Assembly: GCA_964016885.1 (NCBI GenBank)
Contig: OZ024745.1
Location: 93,744,001 to 93,808,000 of the forward strand
DNA: 64,000 nt
Reading direction: 5' to 3'
DNA from: Eledone cirrhosa
Lineage: Eukaryota
Program-made: the position numbers and the translations under genes
Shown here: piece by piece, positions 1 to 16,758 of the stretch
How the letters are laid out: each line of letters begins with the position of its first letter
Numbering within the stretch: position 1 is the stretch's first letter
The notes under the pieces: generated by a model
Seen by the model: the letters and a program-made list of their open reading frames with translations, nothing else
Databases searched by the model: none
What the model was told of the DNA's origin: nothing

Positions 1-106
1 AATTGAACCTTATGAAGGAAATGACACAGGACTGAGCTGACTAGTGATATGACAGCACAAGCACCACAGCTCTGAGAGTAACATGGTAAGAGACTGGAGA
101 CTACAA

Positions 107-283
107 TACAGTGAAATTCCGTTGTAATGAAATTCACAAAGTATAACAAAAAATTTGTTGTAACGAAAAATTCTTTATAACAAGATTGACCGAAACAAAT
201 CAAGTGTTTGTTTGTTATTACCTCGGGGATTGAAAAAAATTTTGTTATACTGAAAAATTTGTTATAACAGAATTTTACCTGTA
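107..283. mobile_element. Tigger/pogo-type MITE
   Basis: ta-cagtgaaattccgttgtaa ... ttataacagaattttacctg-ta with internal ttgttataac repeats. Confidence 0.65.
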
Positions 284-317
284 TTGACAATGAAATAGAG
301 AAAATATAGGATATGAG

Positions 318-545
318 GAGACTAATCTACCTGGCTGAACATGTAACAAGCTCACTAGTGCTAGTGTCATGATAAAGTACACCCAGTACACTCTGTATAT
401 ACAGAGACTAAGACTCATCTATCTGATTGAACATGTAACAACAACAATCTCTCTAGTGCTAGTGTCATGATTAAGTACACCCAGTACACTCTGTATATAC
501 AGATTAAGACTCATCTATCTGTTTGAACATGTAACAACCTCTCTT
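318..545. repeat. ~90 bp tandem duplication x2.5 containing SINE-tail sequence
   Basis: tgaacatgtaacaa..ctagtgctagtgtcatgat..agtacacccagtacactctgtatatacaga repeated. Confidence 0.8.
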
Positions 546-561
546 AGTCCATCCTCTAAGG

Positions 562-868
562 CAAAGGTTCTCAAACCTTTTAGGCCACCGCCTCCCTCAC
601 AGCCATGTAATACACTCAGCACCCTCCAACCCAATTTACAGAGAGATCTGCCTACACGTAAATTGTAAATTATATATAAATTAAATCATTAATGTATAAA
701 TAAATATTATATATTTTCTATTTTACTATATTTATATATGTATCATTTCATATTTAATATACTATTATATCATCTCTATCACTCCCCACGGATCTCTTAG
801 GCCCCAGCACCCCCTGAACCTTCTCAATGCCCTCCAGGGGGCAGTAGCGCCCACTTTGAGAACCTCTG
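562..868. mobile_element. hAT (Charlie-like) MITE
   Basis: TIRs caaaggttctcaaa / tttgagaacctctg; degenerate 8 bp TSD ctctaagg/ctgtaagt; reverse-complement homolog at 28629-29209. Confidence 0.75.
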
Positions 869-1429
869 CTGTAAGTTCCTAGTACATGCTATAAAGTAGT
901 TGACATTAGGAAGAGCATCTAGACATAAAAACCAAAACCAAATAAAAAATGGTAAATATGAGCAAGACATGATCACCTGATCTCATTACGTGACAACCCG
1001 TCTAACTCATGCAAGCATGGAAAATACACATTAAACTGTGATATTATGATGATGATGTTGATGATATTAAGATAGTATTGTTAAAGTTTCTACATTTATC
1101 TTAATTGTTGAAATGGATTGATGCAATATAGCCATGGACTGCGTTCCTTGCTTATCTACATAACTGTGATGCAATTGCTAGGATAAAGTTGGAGATAGAT
1201 AGTGATATGAGGATATTAAATGTTAAAACTCTTAGTTTTTGGTAAATTGTTTTAGTTGTTGTTATTTAACCATAAGTCAGTCCAGATAGAACAGACCTAT
1301 TATAAAAATACTGAAAATTATTGTGTACAGTGCTCAGGTGCATGTATAGTTCATAGAATAATGTACAAATGTCAGGAAAGTGAATAGTGTCTGAGTCTTG
1401 ATATACATACAGACAGGTGCATGCGTATG

Positions 1430-1640
1430 TATGGAGGGGGGAATATCAGGTATAGTGTTGGTGAATTTCAGGAAGTATGTATGTTTTGAAGGATGCAGTA
1501 TCCTGACAGCTAACAACTAATGCAGGTAGTTTGTTCCATGCTTTGGTAACTCTGAGTGTGAAAAAATGTTCCCAAAAGTCATGTGAGCTGTGCTGTTTTT
1601 TGATTTTGTATGCATGTCCAAGGGTGTTAGACATATGAAA
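1430..1640 (-). mobile_element. CR1-type LINE 3' fragment
   Basis: GHAYKIKKQ..HFFTLRVTKAWNKLPALVV..SFK is the characteristic CR1/L2 ORF2 C-terminus. Confidence 0.75.
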
Positions 1641-1789
1641 ATGACTGCACAGGCAGGAGTGGGGATACTCACAATCCCCAGGCTGGCAGAATGTGTTAAG
1701 GACTGGATACCATTAAGAGAAAGGATTTGTCTCTTGAAGCTTTGACTGAAATATAGGTCTCTGTGGGTGGTGCAAGTTTGTGCACCAAA

Positions 1790-2280
1790 CAAGAAGTCCG
1801 AATACAGGTCCTTCTTTGATGAGGTCACTGCAGCGTTAGATGTAGTTAAGACTCGTACATCCTGATGGGAGACTTCAATCCACATGTTGGTACTGACCAC
1901 CTGTCATGGAAAAGAGTGATTGGAAGGAATGCAACTCTGATCTAAATATCAATGGGGAGGCCTTGCTGACTTCTGTTCTAGCAATGGAATCTCTATTATG
2001 AACACCTTCCTGCACAGAGACATCCATAAATATACATGGTTTAAGGGGAATCAGTGACAGAGATCAATAATTGATTTTGTTATTGTCTCTTATCTCTTTG
2101 ATTCTGTGCTGGATGTTCGTGTTAAGAGAGGAGCTGAGCTGTCAACTGCTCACCATCCATTTATCTGCAACTTGAGATTACCTGAAACCAAAGAAGCCCA
2201 CAAAACTGGCAGTCCCAGTTTTTGGAAAGCATTGGTGGATAAGGAAATCAAGACTTGGTATGCTGATACTATTGTAGGAT
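1790..2280 (+). mobile_element. RTE LINE apurinic-like endonuclease fragment
   Basis: ILMGDFNPHVG, MNTF..HKYTW, RSIIDFVIV, LDVRVKRGAELSTAHH with frameshifts. Confidence 0.75.
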
Positions 2281-2859
2281 GTGAAAGATAAAGATCTGAT
2301 GGAGAAGGAAATTTTCAGATTTCATGACAATATCAGAGGACAAACGAACAAATAAATGTTCAAGTCAAAGTTTAGTTATAAATTTCTGTACTTTACTTTA
2401 ATATATAGTAAGTATATTTTTGGAAGAGCAAGGTACACAAATAAAGATGCATCTCCCTTACCATCTTTCGGGTAAATGCCTTCTCCATTCTGTCCACCAG
2501 CACATGGGACCCCATTTGCTCACCATACGGAGAGATGGAGGTGATGATAGTGGGAGTTAGGCTCTTCCACATTCAGACCATATCCTTGTGGTTGTGTTCA
2601 TTAAGTTTTAATATATTATTAGAGCCATTAAAAATCTATAAAGGAATATTCATATTATGTGTTGGCTTAAAAATTATTAGAGTAAAGCTCTAGCATCCCT
2701 TCTGGCAGGTGAATACAATATTATATGAAAAGAGCCTTAATTTGTGTCTCTGGAATGTATATTAACAAAGAGCTAGGTCGGTAGCATAATTTATAAGATA
2801 AAAGTTTAAAGATAAATTGTTCAGATTGGAATTTCAAGTCTTATCAGATATTCAATCAC

Positions 2860-3235
2860 ATCATCTTCATGTCTGTTTTTCCATGCTTCTATATGGGTCT
2901 GGCAGGTCTTCCCTAGCACAGCATCTCACCATTTGTTGCAAACCTTTGCCATCTCATCCATGAAGTTCAGTCTCTCTTCTTCTGCAAGTTCTTCCCACTT
3001 TTTTTTACCCATCTGTCATCTTTCATACTCATCACATGTTCATACCAGCTCACTCATCTCTCTGACACACTACATCTGATTCCTCTTAACTCATTTTTGT
3101 GCTGTCTTTCAAAAATGCTAACCTTGCACATCCAGTAAAGCATATTTGCTTCATTTCTTTCCAGTCTTCACAGATCCTCTGCATTCACTTGCTCACGTTT
3201 CACAACCAAACAACATCACACTTTGTATAGTAAAC
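2860..3235 (-). mobile_element. Old RTE 3' fragment related to the 14144-16153 LINE
   Basis: Reverse strand resembles 15440-15720 (aagactggaaagaaatgaagca, gaggaatcagatgt, ctggtatgaacatgtgatg). Confidence 0.55.
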
Positions 3236-3494
3236 AATCCACCATTCACTGAATAGCAACTAATAATTTACAGGACAAAATAGGTGTAAGATAAGGATAA
3301 CACATGAAACATTGAAAGAGTCAACAATTTCAAATTTTTGCAACCAGCAATGGAAAGAATCATTAAAAACATTGTTTCCTTGACCCGATTTGATGAGTTC
3401 CACCCCAATCAGTACACAAATGAGGTCTGGGATCTTGTCAATTGATTTGGTCAATCTATTTTTCGAGAATACAAGCAGCCAAAATAGTTCCTTC

Positions 3495-3810
3495 AAAGGG
3501 TCTTTGGAGTAATGTTACTCGACAATGTACATAGCTCGGAGAGCCACTACTTCTCTGAATTGAAAGATCACAGCTCCGATACTACAGAATGTCTCAGGAA
3601 AGAATCACTGGACAGATTTTATGGGCAAAGCCAACCAACAGGAGAACCGGGGGTAGCCTCCAAGCAAGATATCATTCATGAGCTTAGCTGGTCTTGCTTG
3701 CAGATCCAGCCAGATCAATTGCAGACAGTTCCTTCTGACAGAACCTGCTGGAAGATTTGTTTGAGGACTCTGCTTCCATGACCCTCCCAGGAATAAGTGG
3801 GAAAAGAAGA
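3495..3810 (+). mobile_element. RTE (Expander/Rex3-like) 3' end
   Basis: IHELSWSCLQIQPDQLQTVPSDRTCWKICLRTLLP; paralogous to 50035-50325 and 61238-61655. Confidence 0.7.
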
Positions 3811-4696
3811 TCTATTTTTCTAAAAAAAAAATTACAATAATGTTTATTTCCAGAAACTTCTTAGTTTCTCCCCCACCCCTTAATTCCTTAACATAAAAGA
3901 AGTGTTCTTCATACCAAACACTCACAAAAGTAAAAAGTGCAGATAATCTGAAGCTACCTGGAAAGTGTTGCAATTAATTAATAGAGATATTCTTGGTTTA
4001 GATCTATTTTTAATGAAATAAGTAAATTATTGGAAACGATAGTCACACTGTAGGCACAGCTGTTCAACCCATGCAATCAAAGAAAAACAGGTATAAGACT
4101 ATAGTAACAGAGAAATTGTCATAGAAGTACCTTAACATTACAACCATTGTCAAAATTAGACAAAATAGAGAAACTAGTAGTATTTTAAATGAACTCAGTA
4201 GAATTAGAATCTACATTTGTGAGTATGTATGTGTATTTATATAAATGAATTGTAAATTAGTGGCTAAGATCATCGTCACTTTTACACACTTGCATGGGTT
4301 GGACGGGTCCTTTTCAGCACGGCATCTCTCCACACGTGATCCTTTCTCATTGTTAAGATCTTCAATTATAAACTGTATTAGTGACTTAGATTGGCCAATT
4401 GGAACCATATAAACAGTGATACAAATTTTCATTGATATATATCTAAAATATGGTGGATTCTTTATCAATTTCAGTGATAAGGAACAGTTGTTCAATCAAC
4501 TGGATTGCTACTCAAGAAATTAATCTATAAGTGGCTGCATATTCAACTGACATGCATATCCCCAATACAATTCTCAGGGTAAATCAGTGTGCCACAATGT
4601 GATTAGGATGGACTATTTAGATTACAAGTACAACCCAGATAGAGAGTGGGGAGTCAATCCCAGTTTTGGACTGGCATTATATTGACAATGAAAGGA

Positions 4697-5113
4697 TTAA
4701 CCTTTTAGCATTTAAACCAGCCATATCCAGCTAGAATTCTCTCACCTCTTTCTGTTCAAACCGGCTGCTTCATACTGATATTAAGGTATTGTTCTCAAAA
4801 TAAATACTATAAAAATCTTACAGATTCAATACTATGTGAGATAATTATGAGAGATTCAGCCATTACCTTGAAAATACAACAGTATATATAAAGTAATTGT
4901 TTCTACTTTAGGCACAAGGCCAGCAATTACCCAGTGCATTACTGGTACTTTATTTTATCGACCCCGTAAGGATGAAAGGCAAAGTCAACCTCAGCGGGAT
5001 TTGAACTCAGATCGTAAAGGGACGTAACTGTGCTGGAAAGCATGGCGTCCGACCCTCTACCGATACTGCCAATCCACAGTATATATAAAGTAATGTAAAT
5101 GCTAAAGGGTTAA
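4697..5113. mobile_element. piggyBac-type MITE (TTAA TSD) with nested SINE
   Basis: ttaa-ccttttagcattt ... aaatgctaaaggg-ttaa; ~210 bp family also at about 6085-6298, 9706-9921, 32217-32438, 54410-54620, 62167-62365. Confidence 0.8.
4898..5075 (-). mobile_element. Nin/Deu-domain SINE with 19 bp TSD
   Basis: TSD acagtatatataaagtaat at 4879-4897 and 5076-5094; nearly identical to 28876-29062. Confidence 0.85.
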
Positions 5114-8100
5114 AACAAAGTTGACCTCGGCACAGATTTTCAACTCAGAGCACTGTAAGCCAGAACGGACAGTGCAAGGTATTTTATCCAATACACTAAC
5201 AACTTCCAATCCACTGCCTTATATTTAAAAAGTTCATAGATAGATATGTGTAGACATGACTGTGCAGTTAAGGTGTTTACTTTGCACCACATAGTTTGGG
5301 GTTTGATCTGAATGTGTAGCACTTTAGACAAGTGTCTTCTACAATAACCTTGAGTTAATTAATCCTTGTGAGTGAAATTTGGTAGGTAAAAACTGATACC
5401 ACTTAACAGGTGACATTTGTCTATGTCCTGCAGCTAAGTAGTTTGAAATGTGAAGATCAATGAAATCAACACCTTACTTTTTAAAAAATAGATAAATATA
5501 AAGAAAAACAAAGGTTGGTAATAAGGAAGGGTATCCTGCTGTAGAATACTGCTACTATCCCACCCTCCAATATGGAAATGTTGACGATGATGACATTAAG
5601 TAGTACTATTATGTAAACCCTAACTTGAGATGGGATTTTAATCCATCCATCTATCACTTGTAAGATATGTCAGTTAAACCACCATCAACCCTTTAGTTAC
5701 CAATCCAACCAAAACCAGCTCTGGTTCTATGAAATAAAACTGCCCATTTTAAAGGTTTCTAAGTTAAATTAAAATCTTCCAACATAATTTTATATAAGAA
5801 CCTTACATTAAGTTACTATCTTAGTAAGGAAATAGTAATTTTAGTAAATCCCTCAAAATTCTTCATTAATGAATTAAAACAGAGTGTATTTCATTAGAAA
5901 TAGTCATGAAAGAGTTAATTTACATTACTTTTCTCAAACTTGGTACATAAATATTTACCTACTTTTTTAAACTGGACTTTTCAATTTCCACAAATATCTT
6001 GTGTTTAGCAACAATCCATCATCTACAAATGTCCAGTAAAGCAAGGATCCATCCACACCATGTATTTCTAATAAGAATCAACCTTAACCCTTTAGCATTC
6101 ACATTATTTTATATATACTATTATATTTTCATGGTAAAGGCTTTACCTCACATAATATCGAATCTATGAGATTTTGAAAGTATTTATTTTGAGAACAATA
6201 CCTTAACATCAGTTTGAGCGACCAGTTACAGCCAGTTTCAACAGAAAGAGGTAGAGAATTCTGGCCAGTTTTGGCGAGTTTGAACATTAAAGGGTTAAGG
6301 ATTTTTTTCCTGCTGCTTAATCAGGGAGAAAATTACCCCGAAAGAAGAGAGCAGACTTGAATGGTTGCAACACCTGGTTCAGGGAGGTGGTGTTAAACCA
6401 GGCAACAAATCAACAGCTCTTTACTCTAATTACTATAGAAATAAAGATTATACCCAGCAGTGTTGTCTAATCGTTATACTGTAATTCAAGTACTGTGACT
6501 AAATTTCAATCCCAAAATAGTGCTGAGATTAGCATAATGTACTCAATACATTAGTAGAGTGTAAACAACAAATTTAATATAGAAATGGCTTCTACAGGAT
6601 TAGAAGTGTTTCATTCAAAGGGTTTGAGTGTAACACTTTTAATAACCTTAGGTAGGAAATGAAAGACATTATTGAAATCTTTTGAAACAATAAAACGTTC
6701 TACTTTTACACCTCCAAGAACCTCAACTATCGAATTAAATCTAGAACAAAATCAAAAATTTTAACATACTGAAACAATATTATGAAGGTGCGTGGCTTAG
6801 TGGTTAGAGAATTGGATTTGAAATTGTGAGGTTGTGAGTTCAATTCCTGGGCCATGTGATGCATTATGTCCTTAAGACAGACATTTTGTTTCATGTTGCT
6901 CTTTCTACCTGGAGCTGCGACTAGTAGATAGTATCAGCAATGGAAAGACCAATGGAAACATTGTTTCCTTGGTCCAATTTGATGAGTTCCACCCCACTCG
7001 GTAACAAATGGGGTCTGGGATCTTGGCGATCATTAAAAAAAAAAAAAAAAATTTATGCATCAAAATAAAAATAAGGACATTTCAAAAACATAAAATGTCC
7101 ACATGTATGTATGGACCCATATCTCCTGATGGAGTCATGGGGTACTGCAATGACATAGTGTTTCTTAAAATCTGGTGGAGCCCATCTCCACATAAATAAT
7201 TAAAAAAGAAAAACAGTACAGCATTTGTTTCAATATATTTTAAATTGAAACTCTTTACCAAAACATGAACAACATAGAGCTACATATATACACATAAATA
7301 ATACACATGATGTTAGATTTCAAGTTTATTTCACTGTAACATATAAACAATATTCCTTGCAAACTGCTCTCTCTCTCTCTCTCTCTCTCCCAATACCATT
7401 TAACAAAAAATGTGAAATTAAAGACAAAATTAAAATTTTTAAGAAGAGATAGGTTTGCTACTAAGAAATATGTTGATTTTTATTTCATGTTTTAAATATT
7501 TCTTCATATACATCAAATAAACTTGATTTCCTTACATACTTTTTAACAATATAAAAACTATTTTATGATAAAATCTTAAAAAAGTATATACATAGATATA
7601 TATATGTATATATACTGAAAACAATTGTTTTTAAAAAAAAGCAAAAATAAAACAAAACAAATAAAGGTACATAGTCTTTTACTGGTTTCAATAATGAATT
7701 GCAATCATGCCAGAGCATAATATCCAGCCCCTCCTCTCCCCACTTGCATTTATTTCAATCTTGCACATATTTAATCGATCACTATTTGTTGAACTGCTAA
7801 GTTATGGCTCATGAAGGGAACACAACATAGAAGTTTCTTTGTTTTTTTAGAGTGGTGTAAATGTTAACATAAATTCCGACATAGACATAGACATACATAT
7901 ACAATGGGTCTCTGCACAGTTTTCTATTAACCAAATTGCAACCACAAGGTTTTCATCAACCCCAAAGTTATTGTAGGTGTTATGCTGAATGAGACTATAG
8001 TGGAAAATATTTGCTGATAGTGCTGTGCAGTCCAAGGCAATAAAAGAAAAAGCCCAAGGTGCTGTGCAATTCAAGACTATAATAGAAAATACTTGCTCAA

Positions 8101-8567
8101 GGTGTTATATAGTCTGAGGCTATGGTAGAAAACGCTGGCCCAAAGTGCTATGCTGTGGAATCAAACAAGGAACCATATGGTTGCAAAACTAACTTTTCAA
8201 CCATACAGTTATGCCTGCTGCACCTAGAATATATTATTGGTTTTTATCAAAGGTACAAGGTTCTGTTCAATGAAATCAAAATCAGGAACCTCATGGTTGC
8301 AAAGAAAACTTCTCAATCACACAGTTATGCCTGGACCAAAAATATAATACTGTTTTCCTCCATAGGTACAAGGCCATGAATCAAACTTTAGTAATTGCTG
8401 GTACTTATTTAATCAATCCTTCATGAATGAAAAGCAAATTGGACCATGGTGAGTTTTAAATTCAGATTGAGAGAGAGGGGGGGGGGGTTAGAGGTGATGG
8501 AGAGACCAAGTTAAATACAGTAGTGTTTTATCCAAACAGCACTCTACTCACTACCCTCCAAGATTAT

Positions 8568-8615
<48 letters not shown>
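8568..8615. repeat. (AAT)n microsatellite
   Basis: Directly visible. Confidence 0.95.
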
Positions 8616-11402
8616 CAAATGTAATATTTACAGTGTGTTGGGTCACCTGGAGAGCAAATTTTAAGCCAAAATTTAACACATAAAGTGTAATATATGATAC
8701 AATAATTTTTCATTCAATTTTTTAAAAAATATTTATATATGAATTATCTTTAAATTAAATTCTAAGGCTTAGTTTGTGTTGCTTTTCACAGATAAGTTTC
8801 CAACTGATCACAGATCTCTTGCATATTATGCTAATAATAGTAATAATAATAATAATGGGTATAAATTTGAAAATATTCAAATCAAATTGAATTCTCCAGT
8901 TTGTTTACTTGGAGAAAAAATAAAAGAGTTTTAATTTATTTCCCATTGAGTGAAAATTGTAGTGAAAACAAAAAAAAAAACAAAACAAAAAAAAAACAGA
9001 CAAAATAACTAAAATGGGGTGTGTGCGTGAGTGTGCAGGCACACGTGTCTGTATGTGTGTGTGTGTTCATAGCCAAATTGCCCGAATCAAAGACATACAG
9101 GTATAAATAAGAATGTTTTAAGTTTAAAAAAAAAAGAAATTTCTGAAGAGTTGTGAATAAATTAATTTCAGTAAAATAATTCATTTATTTATAAAAAAAA
9201 ATAATTAAAAATCAGTAACAAATTGGTCAATGGAAAGGAAAATTCTGGAGAAACACAAATGAGTATGTATGAATATTGAGTATATATATATATATATAAG
9301 ACCCTTATATATACTCAGTAAATATATATACACTCAGTACATATATATACTGAGTAGATATAAATACTAAAACTAAGATAGTGAACTTAGCTTTAGAAAC
9401 TGATAAGTACTGCTCCTTTATTCTATAACACACACACATACATACACTAATCTAAATTCATGAATTTTTAACAGAAAATGTAATGATAATAATGATTTCT
9501 AATTTAGGCACAAGGCCAGCAATTTTGAATTCTTTACTGATACTTTATTTTATTGATTCTGGAAGGATGAAAGGTAAACTTGACTGTAGCAGGATTTGAA
9601 CTCAGAACATAAAAAGCTGGAACAAATATGGTTAAGTATTTGCCCGATGCTCTAACGACTCTGCTAATCAGCGCAGCCTATTGGTTTCATAAATACACAC
9701 AGCTTTAACCCTTTAGTATTTAAACCGGCCATATCTGGCTAGAATTTCTTTCACCTCTCTCTGTTCAAACCAACTATAACAAGTTGCTCGTACTGATATT
9801 AAGGTATTGTTCTCAAAATAAATAATATCAAAATCTTATAGATTCAATATTATGTGAGATAAAGCCTTTATCATGAAAATATAATAGTATATATAGAGTA
9901 ATGTAAATATGAAAGGGTTAAGCAAAGAGGTAAAATAACTTCTTGTCTATGTGCACAACATGAACACCAACTGCAGGATATGAACACAGTCCAACAGTTT
10001 GGTACCAGCTACCTTTACCTGGACATTGCTCTCTGCATTGATAGCAACAACAACAATGATGATAATAATTCTTTCTAATCTTGGCACAAGGCCAGCAATT
10101 TAGGGAAAAAGGGTATGTTGGTTAAATTGATCCCAGTATTTGACTAGTACTTTATTTTATCGACCCTGGAGGAATGAAAGGTAAAGTTGACCTCATTGGG
10201 ATTTAGACAAAGAATCTAAAGAGCCAGAACAAATACCACAAGGCATTTTATCTGACGTCTTACCAATTCTGCTAATTCACCAGCCTTAACAATAATTGTT
10301 TCTACATTTGGCACAAGGCCAACAATTTGAAGGGAATGGGAATGTCAATCAAGTCGACTCCAGTGCATTACTGGTACTTTATTTTACTGACCCCGTAAGG
10401 ATGCAAGGCAAAGCTAACCTCGGCAGGATTTGAACTCAGAATGTAAAGGGACGTTACCATATGCCAAAAAAGCATGTCTGACGCTCTACCGATACTGCTA
10501 ATTCATTGCCCCACCACCCTTAATAATAATAATAGTAGTAATGTTAAGGAAAAAAATTCCGAACTTTGGCACAAGGCCACAGAATTGTGGTGGAGGGAGG
10601 GTGTGGTCAATTGTGGTGGAGGAGATGGCCATAGTCCAGTATATTGGAGGTGTAGTCAATTGGATGAGAAGGGGGGGGGGCATAGTCTAGTGTAATGGAG
10701 GGAGGGGTGTAGTCTAGTGTAATGTAGTGGGGGAGGGGGTGTAGTCTAATGGGGGAAGGTCTAGTCAACTGTAGTGAAGTAGGTTGGAAATATAGTCAAT
10801 TGTAGTGGTGATGTTGCCAAAGACAATGACAATAAAATGTAGACTATACCATTTGTTTAGAATATAGCAGAATAATGGTGTTATTACCGAAGAAGATCCA
10901 TTCTTGAGCACCCCCATCTCCACCTCTACATCATATACAATGAACAGTTTTCAAAGACAATAATAATTACAATGAATCACCCCATCCCCTCTCTATCCCC
11001 CACACCATAATATCAATTTATGTTTCAACTTTTATTTTCCTCTTCAGTAAAGAAAATATTTCATTTCAGTTACACAGACACACATGGATATATACACATA
11101 CACACACACACATATATATATGTATATATATACACACATATACATACCTATACACACACATCAATATATATATATACATAGACATACATATATATACATA
11201 CACATAAATATATATATATATATACATACACATACATATATACAATACACATATATATATATACTACACACATATATATATACATACACACATATATAAA
11301 TATACATACATATATATATATATACATACACACATATATATATACACACACACACATCATCATCATCGTTTAATGTCCATCTTCCATATATATATATATA
11401 TG

Positions 11403-11737
11403 TGGAGGCACATGGCTTAGTGGTTAGAGCATTGGCCTTGCAATCGAAAGGTTGAGTTCAATTCTCAGACCGGGTGATGTGTTGTTTCCTTGAGCAAGAC
11501 ACTTTATTTCACATTGCTCCAGTTTACTCAGCTGTAGAAATGAGATGATAGGGACTGGTGTCCATATCATTCCACTGCAAAGTGGACGTGTAGGTGCCAC
11601 GGCAAAAAAGCACCCAGCACTCACTGTAAATGAGGTTGGTGTTAGGAAGGGCATCCAGCTGTAGAAATCAAGCCAGAATCAGTTCCCGTCCCACCCTTGC
11701 AAGCAGGGAAAAAGCGGACATAAAATGAAATGATGAT
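11403..11737 (+). mobile_element. tRNA-derived SINE with CORE/V-like centre and RTE-type 3' tail
   Basis: A box tggcttagtgg, B box gagttcaattc, ccttgagcaagacactt core, tail gttggtgttaggaagggcatccagc..gatgat shared with the LINE 3' UTR; 3' part nearly identical to 35566-35790. Confidence 0.85.
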
Positions 11738-14143
<2,406 letters not shown>

Positions 14144-16153
14144 TCTCCCCCACACTGACCCAATAGATGGACCAGCAGTGCAAGTTGAAGGTAGTATAAT
14201 AAGGCGATCAAAGACATGAAGACGGGCAAGGCGGCCGGGTCTTCGGAAATAGTTGCCGAAATGCTGAAAGCATCTGGAACGGTGGGACACACTATGGTCA
14301 CCCGGATAGTAAACCAAGTCATACAGAATGGGGTCGTTCCGAAGGACTGGCGCAGCAGCATCATAATTAACTGCTACAAGGGTAAAGGTGATGCCCTAGA
14401 TAGGGGAAACTATAGAGGCATTAAATTAATTAACCAGGTCATGAAGGTCACAGAAAAAGTAATAGCGCAACTAATCAGAGAACGAATTGATCTAGACGAA
14501 ATGCAGTTCGGGTTTGTGTCAGGTAAAAGTACAACAGACGCTCTTTTCATTGTACGACAACTACAGGAGAAGTACCTAGCTAAAAGTAAACCCCTCTACT
14601 TAGCTTTTGTTGACTTGGAGAAAGCCTTTGACAGAGTACCCCGCTCGATTATCTGGTGGGCCCTTAGAAAACTAGGTGTTGATGAATGGCTTGTGAGAGC
14701 TATACAAGCCATGTATAAAGAAACAGTCAGCAAGGTTAGAATTAACAACAAATATAGTGAAGAGTTTAGCGTAAAAGTTTGCGTTCATCAGGGCTCTGTC
14801 CTTAGCTCCCTCCTATTTATTATTGCCCTTCAGGCTATAACAGAGGAGTTCAAGACCGGCTGCCCATGGGAACTCCTATATGCAGATGATCTAACTCTCA
14901 TAGCTGAATCAATGGCTGAACTAGAGAAGAAATTCCAAACATGGAAGCATGGCCTAGAATCAAAAGGCCTTAAAGTTAACTTGTCTAAGACTAAAGTTCT
15001 AGTTTGTAGGAAGGAAAATAGGGCACCGGTCCCATCTGGGAAATGGCCATGCTCAGTGTGTAGGAAAGGAGTAGGTAGAAACTCCATTTTATGTCCCAAA
15101 TGCAAAGTATGGGTACATAAAAGATGTAGTGGGATCACAGGTAAGCTAACTAAGAATATAGATTTTATATGTGGCCGGTGCTCTGGTGCAATAAGTAGCA
15201 GCAAGTGCCCACAGAATACTAACTCATTCCATTGCACAGATGGTTCTATAGAAATAGTGGACAGCTTCCGTTACCTGGGTGATAAAATCAGCAGTGGGGG
15301 AGGGTGCTCTGAAAGTACAGTAGCTAGAGTCAGAACGGGATGGAAAAAGTTCAGAGAGCTTATACCACTATTGGCAGCTAAAGGGTTCTCTCTAAAAATG
15401 AAAGGCAGGCTGTATGATGCCTGCATACGAACAGCAATGTTACATGGCAGTGAGACCTGGGCATTGTGTGCAGAGGATATACGCAGACTGGAGAGGAACG
15501 TAGCTTGCATGCTCCGCTGGATATGTAATAGTAATATACGTGAACGGCAAAGCATAAACGAACTAAGGGAAAAATTATGAATAAGAGGGATCAGATGTTG
15601 TTTACTTGAGAGAAGACTACGTTGGTACGGTCACGTGATGTGCATGAAAGACGACAGATGTATAAAAAAGTGCAGGGCAATAAAAATAGACGGTAGCCAC
15701 GGAGTAGGCAGACCCAGAAAAACCTGGGACGACTTGCTAAATTCCGACCTCACACACTTACACCTCTCCAAGACAATGTCTCTGGACCGAGATCTTTGGC
15801 GCTACACAGTAATAGAGAAGACACGCCTTACCTAAGTGCAAAGTGAAACCTACTACAGTCAGTAGGCACCTTTAACAAAATACACCCCCGTCCCACTACC
15901 TCCACACCATTCAATGTAAAGTTATGTTGGTACCACAACATCCAGCCCGAAATAAATGAGGTCGTGTAGGTGTCACGACAAAAAAACACACAGTCCACCC
16001 TGTAAATGTGGTTGGTGTTAGGAAGGGCATCCAGCCGTAGAAAACCCGCCAGACAGTCCTATGCGAGCAAGACAACCACTCTTGCCTCAAGTGGGAAAAT
16101 TCCCGTCCAAACCCATGCAAGCATGGAAGATGGACGTTAAACGATGATGATGA
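14144..16153 (+). mobile_element. 5'-truncated RTE-clade LINE (RT with internal PHD-type finger, 3' UTR, (GAT)n tail)
   Basis: ORF 14216-15580 has RT motifs NYRGIKL, QFGF, FVDLEKAFDRV, HQGSVLS, LLYADD, FRYLG; reading continues in frame past a single TGA (15578) into RRLRWYGHV..GRPRKTW, stop at 15835; frameshift near 14200; ends ttaaacGATGATGATGAT; flanked by TA arrays. Confidence 0.93.
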
Positions 16154-16214
16154 TACATATATGTACATACATATATATATATGTACATACATATATATAT
16201 ACATACATATATAT

Positions 16215-16253
<39 letters not shown>

Positions 16254-16304
16254 TATACACATATATATATATACACAAATTTTTTTAGATATATATATAT
16301 ACAC

Positions 16305-16335
<31 letters not shown>

Positions 16336-16346
16336 AATATATATAT

Positions 16347-16387
<41 letters not shown>

Positions 16388-16396
16388 TATATACAC

Positions 16397-16431
<35 letters not shown>

Positions 16432-16436
16432 TATAT

Positions 16437-16505
<69 letters not shown>

Positions 16506-16556
16506 TATATACACATATATATATATATATACACATATATATATATACATATACAC

Positions 16557-16605
<49 letters not shown>

Positions 16606-16758
16606 CATATATACATATATATACACATATATATATATACATATATATACACATATATATATATACACATATATACACATATATATATATACATATATAT
16701 ACATATATATATATATACATATATATACACATATATATATATACATATATATACACAT
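16154..16758. repeat. (TA)n-derived satellite abutting assembly gap
   Basis: Directly visible. Confidence 0.97.

Noticed and set aside
14830-15555. Antisense ORFs of 135 and 94 aa
   Set aside because: Shadows of the LINE RT frame
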